Assembly: GCA_015064635.1 (NCBI GenBank) | Contig: SVRV01000002.1 | Location: 80,140 to 144,139 of the forward strand | Direction: 5' to 3' | Origin: Oscillospiraceae bacterium | GTDB lineage: Bacteria > Bacillota > Clostridia > Oscillospirales > SIG627 | Length of the DNA stretch: 64,000 nucleotides | Part shown: positions 50,698-56,536 of the stretch, piece by piece | Layout of the letters: each line of letters begins with the position of its first letter | Numbering within the stretch: position 1 is the stretch's first letter | Translations under genes and position numbers: made by a program | The notes under the pieces: generated by a model | Told to the model about the DNA's origin: nothing | The model's input: the letters and a program-made list of their open reading frames with translations, nothing else | Database searches by the model: none

Positions 50698-52737
50698 TTA
50701 TGTATATAAATCAAGTATTCCGCCAAGCATCATATCAGTTGCTTTAAAAGAGTATTTTTCAAGCTTACTTCCGTTAAAAATTGCTTCCTTAACATATTTT
50801 CCGTCACCGTGGAGAATAACAGTGAATGCTTTTCCGTCGGGTAAAGATAAAACAGTTTTTTTGAAGTAAGGCTTTCCGATAAGCATAAGATTTTGACCGC
50901 TTACAGGAAATATGCCAATTGTATTCCAAATATAACATGCTGAAAGTCCACCACTGTCAACATTTCCGGGCGCACCGTTTTTACCCCTTGTAAACATATA
51001 TTTATTACCGCCGTCGATTACCTCGGCAAGTCGGTCCATCCTTCCTGCATAATTATATGCATAAGGAGATTCCATATCTGTTTCGTTATTAAAGCCTTCA
51101 AAACGTGCGCTCTTATCGTCGGAAAAAGTAAAACCGAAAAATCTGTCAAGCAATGTCACAAATTCTTCTCTGCTGCCTGCCAGCTCAATTCTTTTTGCCA
51201 TATCATTCATGGGTCTGAAGGAATAGTTCCAAAGATTTCCTTCGTAATATTCTGAGTCTTCTCTCAAAAGTCCGTTTGACTTATCAAATGCATTAACCCA
51301 TTTTTCACTATGAGCTTCAAGCGAAAGAGCGATATCCTCTCGTCCCACTTCTTTTGCTATTTTTGAAAGGTTAGCACACGCCTCCGCCATATCAAGCGTG
51401 TGAGTTGTTCTGCTGCACTCCCCTTTTTCAAAAAAGTCACTATCGGTTGAGTGCAGAATTTCAACAAGCAAATCAAGAATCTCACACCAATTTTCCTCGC
51501 TTATATTCCTATAATAGGCATCGCAAAAAAGATAACCTGCCAGGAATCTGGATTGCTGTGCCTCTCCGTTAAAGGAGGACGAAAGGTCAAAGAGATTTGG
51601 CATAACACCAACATGCTTGCCCATACTAATATACGTATTTACAATTTTTCTTCCGATTTCGGGAAATAAAGTAAATATTAAAGGAAGCTGAGTTTTATAT
51701 ATATCCCAAAGAGTTGTAAAGTCAAGGAAAAAGTCTTTCTCTTGATAGTAAGGGCTCTCCCCAGACCAGTCGCAAGGCTTTATAAATGTATGATATAAAT
51801 TAGAATAGAATATTTCCTTATTTATATCGTCTGCATCTATTGTGATTTTGGACAAGTAGCTGTTCCATATTTCTTCTGCTTTTATTTTCGTTTTATCAAA
51901 TCCGTCCTCACGCGAAGACAAATTTTCTTCAATTGATGTCTCTTCCGACAAAAGAGACACACTTATAACAATATTTGCGTTTTTGTGTGTATTTTCAAAT
52001 ACAACACCAAAAGAACGGTTTTCGCTTCCGTTTGTTTTTAGCACGCTTTCAGATACTTTTTCAAAATTTTCCCAAAGAGAAAGCTTACCGTTGTCACAGT
52101 AAACGGTAAAATATAACACCATTCCCTGCAAAGCAACAGACACTGTCGCGGTGTTTGAGTCAACTACTCTCAAGCTTGCTTCTCCCGGTGTTCCTCGAAG
52201 TCTTTTATCACAGTAAAGTCCGTCATTTGAAAGGTCTATATAAATATTTCCTTTGTCATCAGGGAAATGATATTTGTGAAAGGCTGAAGATTTATTTGCT
52301 GTAAGCTCGAAGGTTATATTCTTTTCCGAAAACTTAGCAGAGTAATATCCGCAAGATGCCTTTTCATTTGATAACGTATTTAATGAAGCTTTTTGAAATT
52401 CCCCAACAAAGGGAACTGTCAAGGCATAATTATAATAAAATCCTACTGCACCTGTACCGCTGTGGTGAAGATGCGATATTCCTAAAATTGAATCTCTGTC
52501 ATACAAATTTTGCACAGGTTCACCGCAATTGAGCTTATTGTTACCGTATCCCGTGGGATATCCGCCTGAATATGCACATACAGACATCTTACCGAAAGGC
52601 ACAACTGCACCGGGATGTGTATTTCCGCTGAGTCCCTTTATGGGAGCCCACGTAGAGGCAACGCCTTCGATGTTCTCTATTGATACTGTCGAATTACCCT
52701 GAAATACGTTTACATAATCAATTATTCTTTTAGACAT
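50698..52737 (-). CDS. GH92-like glycoside hydrolase (alpha-mannosidase family), cytoplasmic
   Basis: GNTHPGAVVPFGKM, GISHLHHSGTGA and NETDMESPYAYNYAGR resemble the GH92 signatures. There is no signal peptide. Confidence 0.65.
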   Translation of the reverse strand: MSKRIIDYVNVFQGNSTVSIENIEGVASTWAPIKGLSGNTHPGAVVPFGKMSVCAYSGGYPTGYGNNKLNCGEPVQNLYDRDSILGISHLHHSGTGAVGFYYNYALTVPFVGEFQKASLNTLSNEKASCGYYSAKFSEKNITFELTANKSSAFHKYHFPDDKGNIYIDLSNDGLYCDKRLRGTPGEASLRVVDSNTATVSVALQGMVLYFTVYCDNGKLSLWENFEKVSESVLKTNGSENRSFGVVFENTHKNANIVISVSLLSEETSIEENLSSREDGFDKTKIKAEEIWNSYLSKITIDADDINKEIFYSNLYHTFIKPCDWSGESPYYQEKDFFLDFTTLWDIYKTQLPLIFTLFPEIGRKIVNTYISMGKHVGVMPNLFDLSSSFNGEAQQSRFLAGYLFCDAYYRNISEENWCEILDLLVEILHSTDSDFFEKGECSRTTHTLDMAEACANLSKIAKEVGREDIALSLEAHSEKWVNAFDKSNGLLREDSEYYEGNLWNYSFRPMNDMAKRIELAGSREEFVTLLDRFFGFTFSDDKSARFEGFNNETDMESPYAYNYAGRMDRLAEVIDGGNKYMFTRGKNGAPGNVDSGGLSACYIWNTIGIFPVSGQNLMLIGKPYFKKTVLSLPDGKAFTVILHGDGKYVKEAIFNGSKLEKYSFKATDMMLGGILDLYT

Positions 52738-52773
52738 AACGATCTCCCTTGCAAATTCTATAAAGCTTATAAA

Positions 52774-52802
52774 ATTGTATCACATTGAGTAATATTTTTC
52801 AA
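52774..52802 (-). promoter_or_regulatory. sigma-A type promoter for the GH92-CE4-araB cluster
   Basis: Minus strand: TTGAAA, 17 nt, TACAAT. Confidence 0.55.
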
Positions 52803-52857
52803 TAGATAAGCAAAAAATAAGCGTGAGGTGATTATCATAAAATCAAAAAATGAACCT

Positions 52858-52989
52858 ATGAAAAAAGCACAAGAAGCAATAAAAGCTTATAGAGACAAAG
52901 GCAAGGAAAATACCGACCCGAACGGAAGCTGGACAGGTGTGTGCGAAGAAAAAAACGAAATACCCGTTCAGGATGCTGACGACCTTTAG
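52858..52989 (+). CDS. possible 43-aa acidic small protein
   Basis: MKKAQEAIKAYRDKGKENTDPNGSWTGVCEEKNEIPVQDADDL. There is no convincing SD before the ATG. A GAGGTGA lies 27 nt upstream, in frame with only non-canonical start codons. Confidence 0.25.
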   Translation: MKKAQEAIKAYRDKGKENTDPNGSWTGVCEEKNEIPVQDADDL

Positions 52990-53011
52990 TACTCATACAC
53001 GCGTCGGTTAA

Positions 53012-53722
53012 TTACAAGTATTCCTTTGGAAAATTACTGTCTGTTATCATTGTTGCTATTTCGTCTTTGTAGCAGACATGATAGGTATAAATCCGCCCCG
53101 CCTTGCTGCTGTCACATAAAAACACTGTTTGTATTCCACGTTTGATTGCCGCACGTCTAAGGGCAGTTTCACTCTCGGAAACATCGGTGATTTCTCCGTC
53201 AGAATCTATCCCCTGACTGGAAAAGAAAACAAGCTCAGGGCGGTACATATCCAGAGCTCTGCACGCAAGCTCGCCGACATAAGCAAGATTGCGCGGTATC
53301 AGTTCTCCACCCGTCAATATCAATTTATTGTTGGTAAAGGCAAGGGTATCAATAACCTTTTGGCTATTGCTTATTACTATCATATCCTGTTTATGTTTGA
53401 TATAAGGCAGCATATGAAGAGCTGTTGAGGAAGAGTCGATAAAAATTGTCTGACCGTCCTTTACAAGCTCGGCTGCCTTTTTTCCTATTTCATCTTTTTC
53501 GTCAGCGTGCTGAAAGCTACGCAGAGTCAACGGCATATCTTCTTTGTTTAAGGTTACTCCCCCGTAAACACGTTTCAAAAGTCCGTCCTTTTCCATTGCA
53601 TCAACATCACGTCTTACCGTTGCTTCGCTGACATATAAGAGTTTGGCAAGCTGACCTATGCGGAGTGTAGGAGTTTTTTCCAAAAGTGCTCTGATCTGTT
53701 TAACACGCTCAACTTGTAACAT
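53012..53722 (-). CDS. DeoR-family transcriptional regulator
   Basis: N-terminal wHTH (LAKLLYVSEATVRRDVDAMEKDGLLKRVYGG) and a DeoR C-terminal sugar-phosphate sensor domain. Confidence 0.85.
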   Translation of the reverse strand: MLQVERVKQIRALLEKTPTLRIGQLAKLLYVSEATVRRDVDAMEKDGLLKRVYGGVTLNKEDMPLTLRSFQHADEKDEIGKKAAELVKDGQTIFIDSSSTALHMLPYIKHKQDMIVISNSQKVIDTLAFTNNKLILTGGELIPRNLAYVGELACRALDMYRPELVFFSSQGIDSDGEITDVSESETALRRAAIKRGIQTVFLCDSSKAGRIYTYHVCYKDEIATMITDSNFPKEYL

Positions 53723-53874
53723 TTTCTCCTCATTTCTTGCAACACTTTAACAAACTTTGTGAATTTCTTTCATAAATCACGTCAACACTTGACAAAGTTT
53801 GCAATATTTTTTATACTGTTATCATAACATAAGTAATTGTGTTTTACAACATTTTTTTAAAAGGATTGGTGAAA

Positions 53875-54963
53875 ATGGCAATAATTACAGTAATTTGTTC
53901 GGGAATGATGGGAACTGCCATTACTTTCCCGGCAGCACAAAACGGCCATACCATTCGTTTGGTTGGCTCTCCGTTGGACAATGATATAATTGAACACGGT
54001 CAAAAGACAAAGGAGCATCTCAATCTGTCAAAGTACAGAAAGAACAATCCCACAAGCGGAGTTGATGCACCGGTACTAACTTCCGATAATGTTACCTTCC
54101 ACTATTTTGAAGAAATGGAGGAATGTATCAAAGGGGCTGACCTAATTATTTGCGGTGTATCATCCTTTGGTATTGACTGGTTCTGCAACAATGTAATTCC
54201 AAAGCTTCCGGCAGAAATTCCCCTCTTGTCAATTTCAAAGGGCATGGTAGACGACGGAGAAAATAAAGGTCGTCTCATATCCTATCCCGAGTATATGCAA
54301 CGATTCACAGATAAGGATTTAAAAATCTACGCAGTCGGAGGCCCCTGCACATCATATGAGCTTGTAGACCGTGACCCCACAGAGGTTACCTTCTGCGGAC
54401 CCGATATGAATACACTTCGTTGGTTGCGTGGGATATTTGAGACCGACTATTACCATATAAGCCTTTCGACGGATGTAAGAGGTGTAGAATGTACCGTTGC
54501 ATTAAAGAATGCTTATGCTCTTGGTGTCGCTCTTGCTGTCGGCATGTCTTATAAAAGAGAAGGTAGAGAGTTTGAGCATTACAATTCTCAGGCGGGCTTG
54601 TTTACTCAAGCATCAAAGGAAATGTATCAGCTGTTAGATGTTTTCGGCGGTACTGCAGAGCGCAATATTTTCCTTGGTATAGGAGACCTTTACGTTACGA
54701 TTTTCGGTGGAAGAAACAGAAGGCTTGGTACTTTACTCGGTCAGGGCTACACCTATGACGAGGCAATAAGTCAATTGGGCGGAGTAACTCTCGAAGGTAT
54801 AGTTATAACAGAGAGAACCGCAAAGGCGGTTAAGCAGCTTGCCGAGCTTGGAGAAATCAACATTAAAGATTACCCGTTGCTTATGCATATAAATGAACTG
54901 TTGTTTGAAAACAAGAGAATCAATGTACCGTGGAAGGCATTTGAGACAGAGTATCAAGGATAA
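53875..54963 (+). CDS. NAD(P)-dependent glycerol-3-phosphate dehydrogenase family protein (GpsA-like, divergent)
   Basis: Rossmann start MAIITVICSGMMGTA and a SISKGM segment, with the GpsA C-domain layout. Start moved to the ATG at 53875. Confidence 0.6.
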   Translation: MAIITVICSGMMGTAITFPAAQNGHTIRLVGSPLDNDIIEHGQKTKEHLNLSKYRKNNPTSGVDAPVLTSDNVTFHYFEEMEECIKGADLIICGVSSFGIDWFCNNVIPKLPAEIPLLSISKGMVDDGENKGRLISYPEYMQRFTDKDLKIYAVGGPCTSYELVDRDPTEVTFCGPDMNTLRWLRGIFETDYYHISLSTDVRGVECTVALKNAYALGVALAVGMSYKREGREFEHYNSQAGLFTQASKEMYQLLDVFGGTAERNIFLGIGDLYVTIFGGRNRRLGTLLGQGYTYDEAISQLGGVTLEGIVITERTAKAVKQLAELGEINIKDYPLLMHINELLFENKRINVPWKAFETEYQG

Positions 54964-54978
54964 AGGCTTAAACATAAC

Positions 54979-55012
54979 AAAACCGACAAGTATTTAATCT
55001 TGTCGGTTTTTT
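54979..55012 (+). terminator. intrinsic terminator after the GpsA-like gene
   Basis: AAAACCGACAAG / CTTGTCGGTTTT 12-bp stem followed by a T-run. Confidence 0.75.
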
Positions 55013-55140
55013 GAATATAATGACCCTTAACATTTTTATTATAACATGTTTTTTATCCAATGTAAAGAAAAAACATATGCTGAAATAAAATTTCTCTTTG
55101 GTGCACAAAAAACGAGTTAAATGTTTTGCATTTTTGTCAA

Positions 55141-55169
55141 TTGAAAAAAGTGCAAAAAGATGCTATACT
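55141..55169 (+). promoter_or_regulatory. near-consensus sigma-A promoter with no protein gene behind it
   Basis: TTGAAA, 17 nt, TATACT, with a TGc extended -10. Confidence 0.6.
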
Positions 55170-55175
55170 ATAAAC

Positions 55176-55408
55176 GAAGAAAGGAAGGTACACTCCAATG
55201 AACAAATAAACCTTCAAAAGTGACGACGGCGAAAACACGGCGGTGTAACGCAGAAGATATATAAATATAACAAGGAGAAAATATAATTCCCGTCATCGTC
55301 ACAAACAATTCAAATAGTAGAAAGAGAGGAAACCTTAGATGCTCGATATCAAGACAGAACAGAAATAACCCTCAACAGCGAATGTTGTTGAGGGTTATTT
55401 CTTTTGAG
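55176..55408 (+). ncRNA. candidate ~230-nt small RNA or orphan leader (unclassified)
   Basis: Bounded by the promoter above and a 15-bp-stem terminator. It has a long-range helix: GUGACGACGG (55220-55229) with CCGUCAUCGUCAC (55289-55302). It also holds two SD-preceded micro-ORFs: MNK at 55198-55209 and MLDIKTEQK at 55339-55368. Confidence 0.4.
55363..55408 (+). terminator. strong unidirectional intrinsic terminator
   Basis: AAATAACCCTCAACA (55363-55377) pairs with TGTTGAGGGTTATTT (55386-55400), followed by CTTTTG. There is no U-run in the minus orientation. Confidence 0.8.
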
Positions 55409-55723
55409 TGTGACTTAATAACAGTGTTATTCCTTGTTAAAGTTCAAATTTAGTTTATGGTTCAAGCCCCTCTGTCCGATCCTTTTCTTACTTTTTGCAA
55501 AAAAAGGACACCGGCATTTTGGTCATTTTCGAGTATAAAAAGAGTGTCATAGTATCTTTTTCAAGCAGCTCCGAATCTGATTCTTGTATGTTTTTCCTTT
55601 CTCAGACACAAAGCTAAAAACAGTCCTCAGGACTGTTTTCTTCACGCTTTGTCCCCTCCCAGGGTTCAAGTCCCTTCCATTTATAACAAAAAGAAAAGAG
55701 TACCTCTGGTACTCTTTTCTTTT

Positions 55724-55745
55724 TGGTGCGAGAGACGGGACTTGA
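55724..55745 (-). pseudogene. orphan copy of the last 22 nt of tRNA-Leu(GAG), from the T-loop to CCA
   Basis: TCAAGTCCCGTCTCTCGCACCA (minus strand) is identical to 55906-55927. The upstream sequence is unrelated to the tRNA body. Confidence 0.85.
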
Positions 55746-55842
55746 CGCAAATCTTTGATTTGCTCTTTCTTCGGGCATAGCCCTCAGACACAAAGCTAAA
55801 AACAGTCCTCAGGACTGTTTTCTTCACGCTTTGTCCCCTCCC
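55746..55842. repeat. conserved hairpin-rich module, copy 1 (the right-hand 60 nt also occur at 55601-55660)
   Basis: Three hairpins: GCAAATC-ttt-GATTTGC; GGGC-ata-GCCC; and ACAAAGC...GCTTTGT enclosing ACAGTCC-tca-GGACTGT. About 90% identical to 56168-56263. Confidence 0.8.
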
Positions 55843-55868
55843 AGGGTTCAAGTCCCTTCCATTTATAA

Positions 55869-55905
55869 CAAAAAGAAAAGAGTACCTTTGGTACTCTTTT
55901 CTTTT
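55869..55905 (-). terminator. intrinsic terminator directly after tRNA-Leu(GAG) (a copy lies at 55687-55723)
   Basis: AAAAGAGTACC aaa GGTACTCTTTT, followed by CTTTTT. It is flanked by runs on both sides, so it could act bidirectionally. Confidence 0.75.
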
Positions 55906-55988
55906 TGGTGCGAGAGACGGGACTTGAACCCGTACGGATAACCACACGCCCCTCAAACGTGCGCGTCTGCCAATTTCGCCACTCTCGC
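55906..55988 (-). tRNA. tRNA-Leu (anticodon GAG), CCA encoded
   Basis: Manual cloverleaf. Acceptor GCGAGAG/CUCUCGC. D-arm GCG-AAAUUGGCAGA-CGC. Anticodon arm CACGU-UUGAGGG-GCGUG. Long variable arm. T-arm ACGGG-UUCAAGU-CCCGU. Ends ACCA. Confidence 0.9.
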
Positions 55989-56013
55989 ATAGGTCTCTCA
56001 ACTGACCTTTTAT

Positions 56014-56041
56014 ATTATACACATTTTTTTGTAAATGTCAA
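56014..56041 (-). promoter_or_regulatory. sigma-A promoter for tRNA-Leu(GAG)
   Basis: Minus strand: TTGACA, 16 nt, TATAAT, about 25 nt before the tRNA 5' end. Confidence 0.7.
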
Positions 56042-56145
56042 TACCTTTTGAAGAAAAAGTTTAAATTAGTTTTTATGAGGTTCAAGTCCTTCATTTTATC
56101 ATATCAAAAATATAGAGAGTACCTTTTGGGTACTCTCTATATTTT

Positions 56146-56167
56146 TGGTGCGGATAGCAGGACTTGA
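56146..56167 (-). pseudogene. orphan copy of the last 22 nt of tRNA-Leu(CAG)
   Basis: TCAAGTCCTGCTATCCGCACCA (minus strand) is identical to 56333-56354. Confidence 0.85.
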
Positions 56168-56263
56168 CGCAAATCAAGATTTGCTATCTCCTCGGGCATA
56201 GCCCTCGGACACAAAGCTAAAAACAGTCCACAGGACTGTTTTCTTCACGCTTTGTCCCTCCTT
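56168..56263. repeat. conserved hairpin-rich module, copy 2
   Basis: Same three-hairpin layout as 55746-55842. The differences are confined to hairpin loops and linkers. Confidence 0.8.
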
Positions 56264-56332
56264 GAGGTTCAAGTCCTCTCTTTTATCATATCAAAAATAT
56301 AGAGAGTACCTTTTGGGCACTCTCTATATTTT

Positions 56333-56419
56333 TGGTGCGGATAGCAGGACTTGAACCTGTACCGAATCACTCCGACTAGAACCTGAATCTAGCGCGTCTG
56401 CCAATTCCGCCATATCCGC
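56333..56419 (-). tRNA. tRNA-Leu (anticodon CAG), CCA encoded
   Basis: Manual cloverleaf. Acceptor GCGGAUA/UAUCCGC. D-arm GCG-GAAUUGGCAGA-CGC. Anticodon arm CUAGA-UUCAGGU-UCUAG. Long variable arm. T-loop UUCAAGU. Confidence 0.9.
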
Positions 56420-56432
56420 ATACAACAGATGT

Positions 56433-56461
56433 ATTATATCAAAACAAAGCGCGTTTGTCAA
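56433..56461 (-). promoter_or_regulatory. consensus sigma-A promoter for tRNA-Leu(CAG)
   Basis: Minus strand: TTGACA, 17 nt, TATAAT. Confidence 0.75.
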
Positions 56462-56481
56462 GTGAAAACGCTAAAATAAAT

Positions 56482-56517
56482 CAAAAGACAGACACCCCGT
56501 CATATAGCGGGGTGTCT
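56482..56517 (-). terminator. intrinsic terminator of the hydrogenase operon
   Basis: AGACACCCCG (56490-56499) pairs with CGGGGTGTCT (56508-56517), followed on the minus strand by a U-rich tract. Confidence 0.7.
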
Positions 56518-56536
56518 TGAGCTTTTATGCTAATGA

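Larger units (their letters stand above)
55601..55927 (-). repeat. 182-bp tandem direct repeat (~1.8 copies) downstream of tRNA-Leu(GAG)
   Basis: 55601-55745 and 55783-55927 are near-identical, with one substitution in a hairpin loop (acctCtggt vs acctTtggt). Each unit contains the module's right part, a T-arm box, a terminator hairpin and the last 22 nt of the tRNA. Confidence 0.9.
56077..56354 (-). repeat. 187-bp tandem direct repeat (~1.5 copies) downstream of tRNA-Leu(CAG)
   Basis: 56077-56167 and 56264-56354 are near-identical. Content is a T-arm box, a terminator hairpin and the last 22 nt of the tRNA, separated by module copy 2. Confidence 0.9.

Noticed and set aside
55220-55302. Resemblance of ...GACGGCGAAAACACGGCGGUGU... 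to ykkC/guanidine-I or ZTP riboswitch segments.
   Set aside because: The diagnostic elements are absent: no CUAGGGUUCCG or GGUCCGAGAG for ykkC, and no CCGCCUGGGC pseudoknot partner for ZTP. No regulated gene lies downstream.
55769-55787. A hammerhead-like core on the minus strand (CUGAGGGC uau GCCCGAAG).
   Set aside because: It lacks the full CUGANGA...GAAA core (A9 is missing). The U of CUGA is C at the second locus (CCGAGG). No stems I or III with a cleavage site can be drawn.
55783-55868. A plus-strand tRNA-like gene. It would have a T-arm with a perfect UUCAAGU loop, preceded by the ACAGU-CCUCAGG-ACUGU hairpin reading as anticodon UCA (a possible tRNA-Sec or suppressor).
   Set aside because: No acceptor-stem pairing can be drawn: the 3' side is UCCAUUU and has no 5' partner. 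There is no D-arm, position 33 is C rather than U, and there is no CCA context. The 'anticodon' differs at the second locus (ACA). The hairpin more likely closes to a 3-nt loop.
55547-56022. Track ORFs 55547..55750, 55681..56022 and 55796..55990 (minus strand, 64-113 aa).
   Set aside because: They run through the tRNA-Leu gene, its terminators and the tandem repeats. The repeated peptide VPSLAPKRKEYQRYSFLFVINGRDLNPGRGQSVKKTVLRTVFSFVSE is just the translated repeat. None has a credible SD. These are artefacts of stop-poor repeat DNA.
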